DNA of 64,000 nucleotides from an uncultured Nitrospirales bacterium (lineage in GTDB: Bacteria; Nitrospirota; Nitrospiria; Nitrospirales; NS-4): positions 9,025-73,024 of the forward strand of contig CAZITU010000002.1 in NCBI GenBank assembly GCA_964542245.1. The letters run 5' to 3'. Shown here piece after piece: positions 43,517 to 52,756 of this stretch. The position numbers and the translations under genes are program-made. The notes under the pieces were generated by a model. That model was not told where the DNA came from and did not search any database. It saw only the letters and a list, made by a program, of their open reading frames with translations. Position 1 is the stretch's first letter. Each line of letters opens with the position of its first letter.

Positions 43517-44845
43517 GTGAACATCAGCGTCATCGGCACGGGGTACGTCGGACTAGTGACCGGGGCCTGTTTTGCCGAGTTCGGAATCCATGTGACCTGT
43601 ATGGACAAGGACGAGCGTCGCATCGCCGCGCTGGAGAAGGGAGAAATTCCCATCTACGAACCCGGTCTGTCGGAACTTGTCCAGAAGGGGCTCGCTGAGG
43701 GACGTATCGCCTTCACGACCAACTTGGGGCGGGCCGTCGAAAGCGCCCTGGTGATCTTCATTGCCGTTGGGACTCCTTCCCGTAAGGATGGATCGGCAGA
43801 CCTCTCGTTCGTCGAAGATGTCGGACGTGGAATCGCCGCCAACCTGAACGGCTACAAGGTGGTCGTGACCAAATCCACGGTCCCGGTCGGGACCGGAGAT
43901 CGGTTGCGCGACCTCATCGGCCGTCACGCAGGAAAGGAGGCCTCCTTCGATATCGTGTCGAACCCGGAGTTTCTTCGTGAGGGATCCGCCATCGAGGACT
44001 TCATGCGACCGAATCGGGTGGTGATCGGCGCCAGCAGTCCCCAAGCGGTGGCCGTCATGCGCGACCTGTATCGCCCCCTCTACCTGATCGAGACCCCGTT
44101 CGTGTTCACGGATGTCGCCACCGCCGAGATTATCAAGTACGCCTCCAACACCTTCTTGGCGACCAAGGTCTCGTTCATCAATGAAGTCGCGAACCTCTGC
44201 GAACGGGTCGGGGCCGACGTTCAGGTGGTCGCCAAAGCGATGGGCCTCGACCAGCGGATCGGCTCGAAGTTTCTTCACCCCGGCCCGGGCTACGGCGGGT
44301 CGTGCTTTCCGAAAGACACTGCGGCCCTGATCCAAACGGGGCAGCAAGCCGGATGCGTGATGGAGGTCGCCGCGGCGGCGACGCGGGCGAACGTCCGACA
44401 GCGGGCGCGCATGGTGGATAAGATTCGGGAGTCCGTCGGGGGACGGCTGCAAGGCAAGCGGGTGGGGGTACTGGGTCTCTCGTTCAAACCCAACACCAAT
44501 GATCTGCGCGACGCCCCGTCTCTGGAGATCATTCCGAGGTTGCAGCACGAAGGAGCAGAAATCCAGGCTTACGATCCTGCCGCGATGGATGAGGCACGGA
44601 CGCTCTTGCCCAACGTCACGCTCTGCGCCAACGCCTATGACGCAGCCGCGAGCGCCGATGCCTTGGTGCTCATGACCGAATGGAATCAGTTCAGGAATTT
44701 GGATCTGGAACGCCTTAAGGCTGGCCTCCGGTCGCCGGTCTTCGTAGACCTCCGCAACGTGTATGAGCCTGCCCGCATGGCCGCGCTCGGCTTCCAGTAC
44801 ACCTCTATCGGCCGCCCCACGCCCGTCCCGAAGGGAACGGAGTAG
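43517..44845 (+). CDS. ugd: UDP-glucose 6-dehydrogenase
   Basis: ISVIGTGYVGLVTGACFA Rossmann motif and the catalytic GGSCFPKD. GTG start. Confidence 0.93.
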   Translation: MNISVIGTGYVGLVTGACFAEFGIHVTCMDKDERRIAALEKGEIPIYEPGLSELVQKGLAEGRIAFTTNLGRAVESALVIFIAVGTPSRKDGSADLSFVEDVGRGIAANLNGYKVVVTKSTVPVGTGDRLRDLIGRHAGKEASFDIVSNPEFLREGSAIEDFMRPNRVVIGASSPQAVAVMRDLYRPLYLIETPFVFTDVATAEIIKYASNTFLATKVSFINEVANLCERVGADVQVVAKAMGLDQRIGSKFLHPGPGYGGSCFPKDTAALIQTGQQAGCVMEVAAAATRANVRQRARMVDKIRESVGGRLQGKRVGVLGLSFKPNTNDLRDAPSLEIIPRLQHEGAEIQAYDPAAMDEARTLLPNVTLCANAYDAAASADALVLMTEWNQFRNLDLERLKAGLRSPVFVDLRNVYEPARMAALGFQYTSIGRPTPVPKGTE

Positions 44846-44850
44846 CCACC

Positions 44851-45579
44851 TTACATCACTTCGGTTTTCGGCTTCGGCTTGTACCCCATCCGGTCCAGCA
44901 GCTTCCGGATCTTCGCCTGAAGAGCTTCATCCGCGCCCAGCATGACTTCCGTCAGAGGCTCGACGGCCGGTTTCCCGATCTTTCGCACGATTTCCGAGGC
45001 GGCCTGCCGCAGGTCGTCGTCCTCATGCGTCAGCAGGCTGGCCACGGCCGGCACGCTCGGCGCCCCGATCTTGATAAGGGAGTCATAGGCCCGTTGCCGA
45101 ATATCGTTGACCTCGTCCGTGAGGGCCTCGATGAGAGGGCCCACCGCGCGCGCGTCCCCTACCGTGCCCAGGACCTCCACCGCGTATTTGCGGGTGAGCC
45201 AATGGCCCTCCTTGAGCGCAGCAAGCATCTCCTCGGCGCGCGTCTTGTTCGCATCCCGCGACCGGATCGTGAAGCCCTTGACGATGCGTCGCTTGGCGGT
45301 CCCCGAGTGCAGGGTTCCCTGAATCCCGACGCCCGGCTCTTCTTCGATGACCCGAACCGTGACGCCGTCTCCAGGCTTGAGCTTCTTGAGTTCCTCCAAG
45401 AGCTCTTCCCCGACTTCCAACACGACCGTCTTGCCTTCGTAAGCCAGGAGTTCGATTTCCATGGTCCGGGCTTCGAGATCCACCTTGACGACCTTTTCGG
45501 AGATCAGATTGAACCCGTCCTTCTTGATCCCGGGGCCGCCTTTCGCGATCTGAATTAATTTCGGTGCTTCATCAGCCAT
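44851..45579 (-). CDS. HEAT-repeat protein 5 of 5: non-HEAT N-terminal domain (about 110 aa) plus about 4 HEAT/PBS-lyase-type repeats
   Basis: 242 aa. The N-terminal half (KLIQIAKGGPGIKKDGF..VTVRVIEEEPGVGIQG) has no repeat signature. The C-terminal half has VLGTVGDARAVGPLIEAL-type repeats. Ends ..LLDRMGYKPKPKTEVM. Confidence 0.75.
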   Translation of the reverse strand: MADEAPKLIQIAKGGPGIKKDGFNLISEKVVKVDLEARTMEIELLAYEGKTVVLEVGEELLEELKKLKPGDGVTVRVIEEEPGVGIQGTLHSGTAKRRIVKGFTIRSRDANKTRAEEMLAALKEGHWLTRKYAVEVLGTVGDARAVGPLIEALTDEVNDIRQRAYDSLIKIGAPSVPAVASLLTHEDDDLRQAASEIVRKIGKPAVEPLTEVMLGADEALQAKIRKLLDRMGYKPKPKTEVM

Positions 45580-45597
45580 GCCTGTGTCTCCTTTGCC

Positions 45598-46359
45598 TTA
45601 CGCGTTCGGCGGGGTCCACCCCAAGCTCGACAACGCCCCTTCCGCCGTTTCCCGGACCATTTCGTTTTCATCCTCCAACAGCGGGAGGAGGACGTCCACG
45701 GCCCCGCGGTCTTGCAACCGGGCCAGCGACTCGGCCGCATTCCGCCGCACCAGCCAGTCTTCGTCCCTGAGCGCTTCCCTTAATCCCTCCGCCGCACGCT
45801 TATCCCCGATCAAACCCAGTGCCTCGGCGGCGTGGCGCTTCACCATCCAGTTGCCCCCGGCGAGACCGTTCAGAAGACCATCCACGGCGCGTGGATCCGG
45901 GATCTTTTTGAGGGCCCTGGCCGCTTCTTCGCGCACCGCCTGATCGGTCAGCGCCTCCATCAGGCCTTCCACCGCCCGCGGGTCCCCGATCTTCTCGAGC
46001 GCCTCGACGGCTGCCAACCGGACCGCACCGTCCCGATCCTTGAGGGCGGTCAAGAGCGCAGCGATGGCCCGTTCGTCTTTCAGACGCCCTAGAGCCGCCG
46101 CAGCCTGCTCCCTGACCGCCCATTCGTCGTCCCTCAACGCTCCAAGCAGCGGTTCGACCGCTTCGGCCCCGACTTGAACAAGGGCCTGTCGGGCCGCCTC
46201 TCGAATGACTCGATCCTCGTCTGCAAAGAGCCCGATCAAGCGCTCGATCGCAGCCGGACCCATCTGCCCGAGACTGGCGGCCGCGTGATTCCGCAACTCA
46301 TCGTTGTCGTCACGCAAAGCCGCGAGGAGTTGTTCGATGCGGCGATCGGCCTCATTCAT
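45598..46359 (-). CDS. HEAT-repeat protein 4 of 5 (PBS-lyase HEAT-like repeats)
   Basis: 253 aa built almost entirely of about 31-aa units of the type D(D/E)xxVRxxAAxALGxIGDxRAVxxLxxAL. Ends ..LSSLGWTPPNA. Overlaps the upstream gene by 8 nt. Confidence 0.85.
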   Translation of the reverse strand: MNEADRRIEQLLAALRDDNDELRNHAAASLGQMGPAAIERLIGLFADEDRVIREAARQALVQVGAEAVEPLLGALRDDEWAVREQAAAALGRLKDERAIAALLTALKDRDGAVRLAAVEALEKIGDPRAVEGLMEALTDQAVREEAARALKKIPDPRAVDGLLNGLAGGNWMVKRHAAEALGLIGDKRAAEGLREALRDEDWLVRRNAAESLARLQDRGAVDVLLPLLEDENEMVRETAEGALSSLGWTPPNA

Positions 46360-47503
46360 CCGTCTGCTGTCCTTTTGCAGCCTGGGGGTTGGTGACCGAC
46401 ACCTCGCTGTCCCAGTCGTCGTCTTCTACCTTACTCGCTGCAGGGTGTTCCTCTGCCTGCAGCTTCTCCAACTTATCCAACATCAAGCCGCCGAGGTAAC
46501 TGACCAGCCCGTCCCGGTCTGATTTCATCGTTTGAATAAGCTTGCCGTGGGGTAGTAAAACCTTCACGTCCTTGATCTTTGACAAGGCTTCGGTGGCCGC
46601 CAGGCGGGTCGTCCGGTCCTCGATGGCCGCCACCAACACATCCACCGACCGCGAGTCGCCGAATTCACCCAATGCCTTGATGCAACTCTCCCGGACCCCC
46701 ATATCCCGGTCGGTCTTCGCCTTGTGGAGCAGGGGTTCGACGGCCCGGAGGTCTCCGATAATCCCGAGGGCTTGGGCGGCGGCCTCCCGGACCACCCACA
46801 GATCGTCTTCCAACGCTTCCAAGAGTTCCGAGACGGCGGGACGCCCCAGAGCAATCAGACCCATCGACACGCCGATCCGCGCTTCTTCCAGGGCCACCGT
46901 GTCATCACTATCCCGCAGCCGGTTCAAGATCTCGGCAATCCGCTCTCGTAGATCGGAAATGCGTTTGAGCGACCGAGACGCGGCCTCGCGCAGATCGGGA
47001 TAGGCCATCGCTTCAATCCAGGCATCAACGCTGCGGGGATCCGCCAGTTGTTCCAGCGCCACCGCGGCCATCTGGCGAGCCGTTGGATCCTGGCTTTTCA
47101 GCGTGGCGACCAGCGGCTCCAATGCGCCGGGATCCTTTAAACGCCCCAGAACTGCGGCGGCGGTGTCGCGATGAGCCTCTTCTTCCAGCAATTGGACCAA
47201 CGTGGCGAGGGACGCCGCATCCGACACATGCCCGATCGCTTCCGCCGCCGCTTCGCGGACGTTTGGATCAGGGTCCTTGAGAAGGCCCACCACCGGCACG
47301 CCGGCGGTCCGGTCCTTGATCCGCCCCAGCATGCGCGCCGCTTCGGCACGCAGGCGCGGGTTTTCATCCGAAAGCGACGCAAGCAGGCACCTCACGGCTT
47401 CCGGGCCGCGCTTCAACAACTCGGCCGTGGCGTTCATCCGCTTCCAGTCTTCCTCGTGGATGAGCTCCTTGACCAGGTCCTCTGTCTTGTCCTTCTTGGC
47501 CAT
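46352..47503 (-). CDS. HEAT-repeat protein 3 of 5
   Basis: 383 aa of the same repeat type, with an acidic C-terminal tail (EDDDWDSEVSVTNPQAAKGQQTDE). Confidence 0.85.
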   Translation of the reverse strand: MAKKDKTEDLVKELIHEEDWKRMNATAELLKRGPEAVRCLLASLSDENPRLRAEAARMLGRIKDRTAGVPVVGLLKDPDPNVREAAAEAIGHVSDAASLATLVQLLEEEAHRDTAAAVLGRLKDPGALEPLVATLKSQDPTARQMAAVALEQLADPRSVDAWIEAMAYPDLREAASRSLKRISDLRERIAEILNRLRDSDDTVALEEARIGVSMGLIALGRPAVSELLEALEDDLWVVREAAAQALGIIGDLRAVEPLLHKAKTDRDMGVRESCIKALGEFGDSRSVDVLVAAIEDRTTRLAATEALSKIKDVKVLLPHGKLIQTMKSDRDGLVSYLGGLMLDKLEKLQAEEHPAASKVEDDDWDSEVSVTNPQAAKGQQTDE

Positions 47504-47520
47504 ACACTTTCAGCCCGAGC

Positions 47521-48831
47521 TTAGCCTTTAGCCTTATCCGCTGTCGCTTGGCCTGCTGTCCCCTCCTGACCCTCCTCGGGCGGGGTCCAGCCCAACTGCC
47601 CAAGAATATCCAACAAACAGGCCTGCAAGGCGGATTGAGCGTCCAGACGGTTAGTGGCGAACGACATAATGTTCTCGCTGATCGCTTCCACCTTGGACGC
47701 CTCGGGATCGTTGTAAAATTCCACCACTTGGTCAATGACCTGAGGACCGAGCTCCACCAATGCAATAGCGGCCTTCTCGCGAAGCTGTGTGATCTTCAAA
47801 GCCAGCAAAAGCGCCGGGACGCTACGCAAGTCATTGATATGACCCAATGCCAATGCCGCCTGCTCCCGGATGAACCACTCTTCGCTGACGATGCACCCCG
47901 GCATCGGCGTGCCTTTGAGACTAATGCCGACTCCTTCCAGAACCCGGATCAGGGGCTCGACGGAGCGTGGGTCGGCGAGCATCCCCAGGGCCATGATCGC
48001 CCGAACCCTGACAGAGCCGTCCTGCATGGCCTCGATGAGGGCGGGTACCGCGCTGGGGTCGCCGATCATGCCCAGCGCGATGGCGGCGTCTTCCCGCACC
48101 GCGCGGTCCTTGTCTTTCAACAACGCAATCAGTCCGGGGACAGGCCGTGAGTCCCGCAACCACGACCGGCCGGTTGGATAGTCGCTGGTGATCCCCCCCA
48201 AGGCCTGGACCGAATGCAGGCGCACCTGAAAATTCTCATCTTTGAGGCCTTCGATTAATGGCTCGACCGTAGCCTCTCCGACCTGGGTCAGCGCAATCGT
48301 CGCGCTCACACGTACCAGCTTGGAGGAGTCTTTGAACAGGGCTATCAGGCCCTTGATGGCTTTGGGGTCACCGATCCGCCCTAAGGCTTCGGCCGCCACC
48401 GTTTTAACCGCGCCATCACGGTCCCGCAAAGCGCCAATCAACCCGTCAACCGCCCGCTTGTCCTTAATCAGGCCGAGCGCCCTGGCCGCACTCTCCCGAA
48501 CTCGCCACCGCTCGTCTCGAAGGGCCGCCACCAACCGTTCGACGGCCGGCACCCCGATGGTGACAAAGTCCTCCACCGCCCCATCCCGACAATCCTTAAT
48601 CAGATCGCCCAGCATCGGAACCACCACTTCGATGACACGGGGACCTCCGATCCTCGCCAGTGCATGGCCCGCATACATCCGGACGGACCAGTACTCGTCC
48701 TGCAAGGCCTCGATCAGGGCGTCCGCCTCGCTGGGGCCTGCCTGCCCGACAAGAGCCTGGGCCGCCTCCTCCCGGGTCGCATCGTCCGGGTCGGTCAGGG
48801 CTTCCAGCCAGTCTGCAAGAGTGTTTGCCAT
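47521..48831 (-). CDS. HEAT-repeat protein 2 of 5
   Basis: 436 aa of the same repeat type. Ends ..LGQLGWTPPEEGQEGTAGQATADKAKG. Confidence 0.85.
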   Translation of the reverse strand: MANTLADWLEALTDPDDATREEAAQALVGQAGPSEADALIEALQDEYWSVRMYAGHALARIGGPRVIEVVVPMLGDLIKDCRDGAVEDFVTIGVPAVERLVAALRDERWRVRESAARALGLIKDKRAVDGLIGALRDRDGAVKTVAAEALGRIGDPKAIKGLIALFKDSSKLVRVSATIALTQVGEATVEPLIEGLKDENFQVRLHSVQALGGITSDYPTGRSWLRDSRPVPGLIALLKDKDRAVREDAAIALGMIGDPSAVPALIEAMQDGSVRVRAIMALGMLADPRSVEPLIRVLEGVGISLKGTPMPGCIVSEEWFIREQAALALGHINDLRSVPALLLALKITQLREKAAIALVELGPQVIDQVVEFYNDPEASKVEAISENIMSFATNRLDAQSALQACLLDILGQLGWTPPEEGQEGTAGQATADKAKG

Positions 48832-48853
48832 CTTACCTACCTTCTTTCTTCTT

Positions 48854-49954
48854 TCATTTCATGACGACTTTGGGGCGCCATCCGACTTCAGAGAGGATGG
48901 CCCTCGCGTGAAACAGAATGTTCGAATCCGTCTCGACCTTCATGGCCTCCAGCAGAGGACCCGCCACTCGGAGGCCTAATTGGCCCAAGGCCCCTGCGGC
49001 ATTGGCCCGCAGCCGTGTATCTTTGAGCGCTCGGATGAGCGGATCAATTGCCCGATCCTCCCCGATTTCTGCAAGGGCGCCGATGGCAAAGATCTGCACT
49101 TCCATCTCTTCCACGTCCAGCTCACCGGACTCATCTCCGCAGACCGAGACCTTGCGGACGTTGGCCGGCCGACCCCTACCGGTCACCACGTCAATCAGCG
49201 TGTCCACGGCCCGCGGGTCCTTGAGTTTGCCCAGGGCCTCCACCGCGAAGGGCCTGACGTCCAAATCCGTCAGGGCCTTGGTGAGCGGCTCTAACGCCGC
49301 GACGCCCCCGATGCTCCCCAACGCCTTCGCGGCATCCTGGCGGACCGCCGCGTCGCGGTCATTGAGCATCACCTGACACAACGGCCCAACCGCTTCTTCC
49401 GCGCCGATCTTCCCCAGGGCTTCGCACGCATGGAGCCGCAAGATCCATTCCTGGTGCCGCAATGCCGCGAGCAGCGTCGCCAAAGCCGGCCGGCCGATGC
49501 GGGCCAAGGCGCCGGTCGCATCCGCGCGGACCGCCTTGACATGATCAATCAGAAGGGGAATCAGTGGCTTAACGGCCCGTTCGTCTCCAAGGACGCCAAG
49601 GCCTTTGGCGGCGTGCATGCGGACGACCCAATTGGGGCTGGCCAGGCATTCAATCAACGGTTCCAGAGCACGCTGATCCCGCAGGTCCTTGAGAATGGAC
49701 ACCGCGGCTTCTTGCACGTTGCCATTCGGGTCCTGCAAGACCGAGATCAGGGTCGGGACCGCCGCCTGGCCGATTTTCCGCAAAGCCGCGGTCGCCGCAT
49801 CCCGCACGGCTCGGTCCTCGTCATGGAGAACCTCCACGAGCGGACCGACCGCTCTGGGATCGGCAAACTCCCCCAGGAGCGTGGCGGCCTCCTCCCGAAG
49901 CGCCCAGTCCTCGTCCTTGAGAGCCGCTATTTCCTCGAGTACACGATCGCTCAT
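48854..49954 (-). CDS. HEAT-repeat protein 1 of 5
   Basis: 366 aa of the same repeat type. Ends ..ILSEVGWRPKVVMK. Starts 41 nt downstream of the polA stop. Confidence 0.85.
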   Translation of the reverse strand: MSDRVLEEIAALKDEDWALREEAATLLGEFADPRAVGPLVEVLHDEDRAVRDAATAALRKIGQAAVPTLISVLQDPNGNVQEAAVSILKDLRDQRALEPLIECLASPNWVVRMHAAKGLGVLGDERAVKPLIPLLIDHVKAVRADATGALARIGRPALATLLAALRHQEWILRLHACEALGKIGAEEAVGPLCQVMLNDRDAAVRQDAAKALGSIGGVAALEPLTKALTDLDVRPFAVEALGKLKDPRAVDTLIDVVTGRGRPANVRKVSVCGDESGELDVEEMEVQIFAIGALAEIGEDRAIDPLIRALKDTRLRANAAGALGQLGLRVAGPLLEAMKVETDSNILFHARAILSEVGWRPKVVMK

Positions 49955-49995
49955 GGATTGATCAAGTTAGCACACGGTTTTAAGCATGGTCAACT

Positions 49996-52638
49996 TTACG
50001 GATGGGCCTGGCGCCAGTTCTTGCCGACGCCGACATCCACCTTCAGCGGCACCGCCAACTCCATGACCCTCTCCATCTCCTCAGTCACCGCTTTGCGGAC
50101 AGGGTCCAGTTCGGACTCCGCCACCTCGAAGATCAGCTCATCGTGGACCTGGAGAATCATCTTGGCTGATAGTTTCTCGGCCACCAGCCGACGCCGGACG
50201 GCCAGCATGGCGAGCTTGATGACATCCGCCGCCGTGCCTTGAATCGGCGTGTTCATAGCCATCCGCTCCCCGAACCCCCGCTGCGTCGGGTTGCCGCTTT
50301 GCAATTCAGGAATCGGGCGCCGGCGGCCGAGCAGAGTCGTCACGTATCCGTTCTGTTTGGCCTCCGCGATCGTCCGGTCTAGGAAGGCCTTCACTCCCTG
50401 GAAGCGCGCGAAGTACGCGTCAATGTATTTCTTGGCCTCCTGCTGTGAGATCCCTAACTGGGAGGAGAGCCCGAAGGGACTGATCCCGTAGATGATGCCG
50501 AAGTTGACCGTCTTGGCCACCCGTCGCATGTCCTTCGTAATCTGTCCTCCCGGCAGACCGAAGATTTCTATGGCTGTGGTCGTGTGAATGTCCTCTCCTC
50601 GAACAAAGGCCCCGATGAGGACAGGGTCTTGGGAGAGGTGCGCGAGGATGCGAGGTTCGATCTGGTTGTAGTCCGCCGAAAGCAACAAGCAGCCAGCCTC
50701 GCTGACAAACGCCTCACGGATTCGCCCGCCCCATTCCCCCTTGATGGGAATGTTCTGGAGGTTCGGTTCCGACGACGAGAGCCGCCCGGTCGCCGTGACG
50801 GTCTGGTTGAGCGAGGTGTGCAGGCGGCCCGTCTCGGGGCTGACTAGCAGAGGCAAGGCTTCCACGTATGTGGACTTCAGCTTGCTGAGACTGCGGTAGT
50901 TCAGGATATCGGCCGGCAAGTCATGCTGCACGGCCAGTTGCGTCAGCACCTCCTCGTCCGTGGAGTAGCCGGTTTTGGTCTTCTTGATGGGCGTCAGCTT
51001 GAGTTGCTCGAAGAGGACCTCGCTCAATTGCTTGGGCGAATTGACGTTGAACTCCGCGCCGGCCTTTCGATAAATCTCATCAAGGATCCCTGCGAGCTGT
51101 TGACCAAGCTCTTTCGCCAAGCGGGCCAGGGCGGCGGTGTCCACGCGGAACCCGTTCGCTTCGATCTCGGCCAGCACGACGGTCAGAGGAAGCTCCACTC
51201 GCTCGAAGAGATCCCTCAGTCCATCGGCGGCCAGCTTCTCGGCCAGGACCGCCTTCAGGCGGGCAACGGCATTGGCCGCGGCCCCCGCCCGCGCCGCGGC
51301 CTCCTCTATCTCCACCACATCGAAGAGATCACCCTTTTTCGGCTTCTTCGAGCCAGCGACGCCTCCCAGCGACTCCGAGAGATATTCCTGGCTGATGATC
51401 TCCAGCGCCGGGGCGCGACGGTTGGGGTTGAGAAGAAACGCGGCCACCATCGTATCGAAGCCGGGTTCTGTCGGTGAGATGCCGGCCCGTCTCAAGGCGA
51501 TCCACGCAGTTTTGAAGTCGTGCGCGTAGATTTTCGTGGACGGATCATCCACAGCCGCTCGGACGGCCGCCAACCCCGCCTCCCCGTGAAGATAGACGGG
51601 CTTCCCAGGATAAGGGCACATCCCCACGCCCATGATGGCCGCCCTCAGGGGATCCGCCCCCGTTAATTCGCACTGGATCGCCACTTCGCCCGAGGCCCTG
51701 ATGTCCTCCAAAAGGCGCGTAATGGTCGCCGGATCGTCGAGCACGACGACGCGTTCCTGGGGGTCTCGCTCCTCATCCCCCTCGGGTTGTATCCCTTTGA
51801 GCAAGCCCCAGAACTCCAGCTCGCGAAAGAGGGCGGTCAGGTCGGCGCCCCGCGCCTCGCCGAGCCGGAACCGGTCTCGGTCGAAAGATACCGGACAGTC
51901 GGTCACTATAGTCGCGAGGGTCCGGCTCAGGCGCGCGTCCTCCGCGTGCGCCTCCAACAGGTCCCGGAGCTTTTCGCTTTTCACATCGGGAAGGCGCGTC
52001 AGGAGGTTTTCAATCGAGCCGAACTCGGCGATGAGCTTTCTGGCCGTTTTCTCGCCGACGCCCTTCACGCCGGGAATATTGTCGGTGGCGTCCCCCATAA
52101 GGCCCATGACCTCGACCACGCGGGCCGGCTCGACCCCGAAGCGATCGAGACAGTCCTTTTCCGTAAAAGTCTTATCCTTCACGGAGTCGAAGATGCGGAT
52201 CGCGGGCGTTAAGAGTTGGAACATGTCTTTATCACCGGTCACAATGACTACATCCAGCCCTTGCGACGCGGCTTGGACGGCCAGCGCGCCGATGAGATCA
52301 TCTGCCTCGTAGCCCTGGAGCTTCACGACCGGGATCGCGTAGGCCTCGACCACACGGTGGATATAAGGCACTTGTTGCGACAGGGCGTCGGGCATCGGAG
52401 GCCGGTGGGCTTTATACTCCTTGAATTCTTCGTGGCGAAGGGTCGGCCCCTTTTCGTCGAACGCCACGGCCAGGTAGTCCGGCCGCCGCTCGCGGACGAT
52501 CTTCTGCAACATGGTCGTGAAGCCGTAGATGGCGTTGGTGGGTAAGCCGGTCGAGGTGGAAAGAGCGGGAAGGGCGAAAAAGGCGCGGTAGAGATAGGCG
52601 CTCCCGTCAATGAGGTAGAGGATCGGGCGGTCCTTCAT
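49996..52638 (-). CDS. polA: DNA polymerase I
   Basis: 5'-nuclease domain (LYLIDGSAYLYRAF), a 3'-5' exonuclease-like region, and the polymerase motifs DYNQIEPRILAH and QVHDELIFE. 880 aa. Confidence 0.97.
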   Translation of the reverse strand: MKDRPILYLIDGSAYLYRAFFALPALSTSTGLPTNAIYGFTTMLQKIVRERRPDYLAVAFDEKGPTLRHEEFKEYKAHRPPMPDALSQQVPYIHRVVEAYAIPVVKLQGYEADDLIGALAVQAASQGLDVVIVTGDKDMFQLLTPAIRIFDSVKDKTFTEKDCLDRFGVEPARVVEVMGLMGDATDNIPGVKGVGEKTARKLIAEFGSIENLLTRLPDVKSEKLRDLLEAHAEDARLSRTLATIVTDCPVSFDRDRFRLGEARGADLTALFRELEFWGLLKGIQPEGDEERDPQERVVVLDDPATITRLLEDIRASGEVAIQCELTGADPLRAAIMGVGMCPYPGKPVYLHGEAGLAAVRAAVDDPSTKIYAHDFKTAWIALRRAGISPTEPGFDTMVAAFLLNPNRRAPALEIISQEYLSESLGGVAGSKKPKKGDLFDVVEIEEAAARAGAAANAVARLKAVLAEKLAADGLRDLFERVELPLTVVLAEIEANGFRVDTAALARLAKELGQQLAGILDEIYRKAGAEFNVNSPKQLSEVLFEQLKLTPIKKTKTGYSTDEEVLTQLAVQHDLPADILNYRSLSKLKSTYVEALPLLVSPETGRLHTSLNQTVTATGRLSSSEPNLQNIPIKGEWGGRIREAFVSEAGCLLLSADYNQIEPRILAHLSQDPVLIGAFVRGEDIHTTTAIEIFGLPGGQITKDMRRVAKTVNFGIIYGISPFGLSSQLGISQQEAKKYIDAYFARFQGVKAFLDRTIAEAKQNGYVTTLLGRRRPIPELQSGNPTQRGFGERMAMNTPIQGTAADVIKLAMLAVRRRLVAEKLSAKMILQVHDELIFEVAESELDPVRKAVTEEMERVMELAVPLKVDVGVGKNWRQAHP

Positions 52639-52680
52639 TTACCGCATCGTAGCACCTCCCTCATATCGGGACAAGCCGGT

Positions 52681-52709
52681 TTACTAGTGAACGTAGGTCC
52701 ATGTATAAT
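52681..52709 (+). promoter_or_regulatory. Candidate sigma70-type promoter for the 52757 gene and DsrE-like gene
   Basis: TTACTA (52681-52686), 17-nt spacer, TATAAT (52704-52709), 47 nt upstream of the ATG. Confidence 0.4.
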
Positions 52710-52756
52710 GATTTTAGGGTAGTCACAACAAGCGCAATCCAACACGGAGACCGGCT

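Noticed and set aside
43553-44548. 331-aa ORF on the minus strand opposite ugd
   Set aside because: The ugd frame has the Rossmann motif and the catalytic GGSCFPKD. The antisense frame has none.
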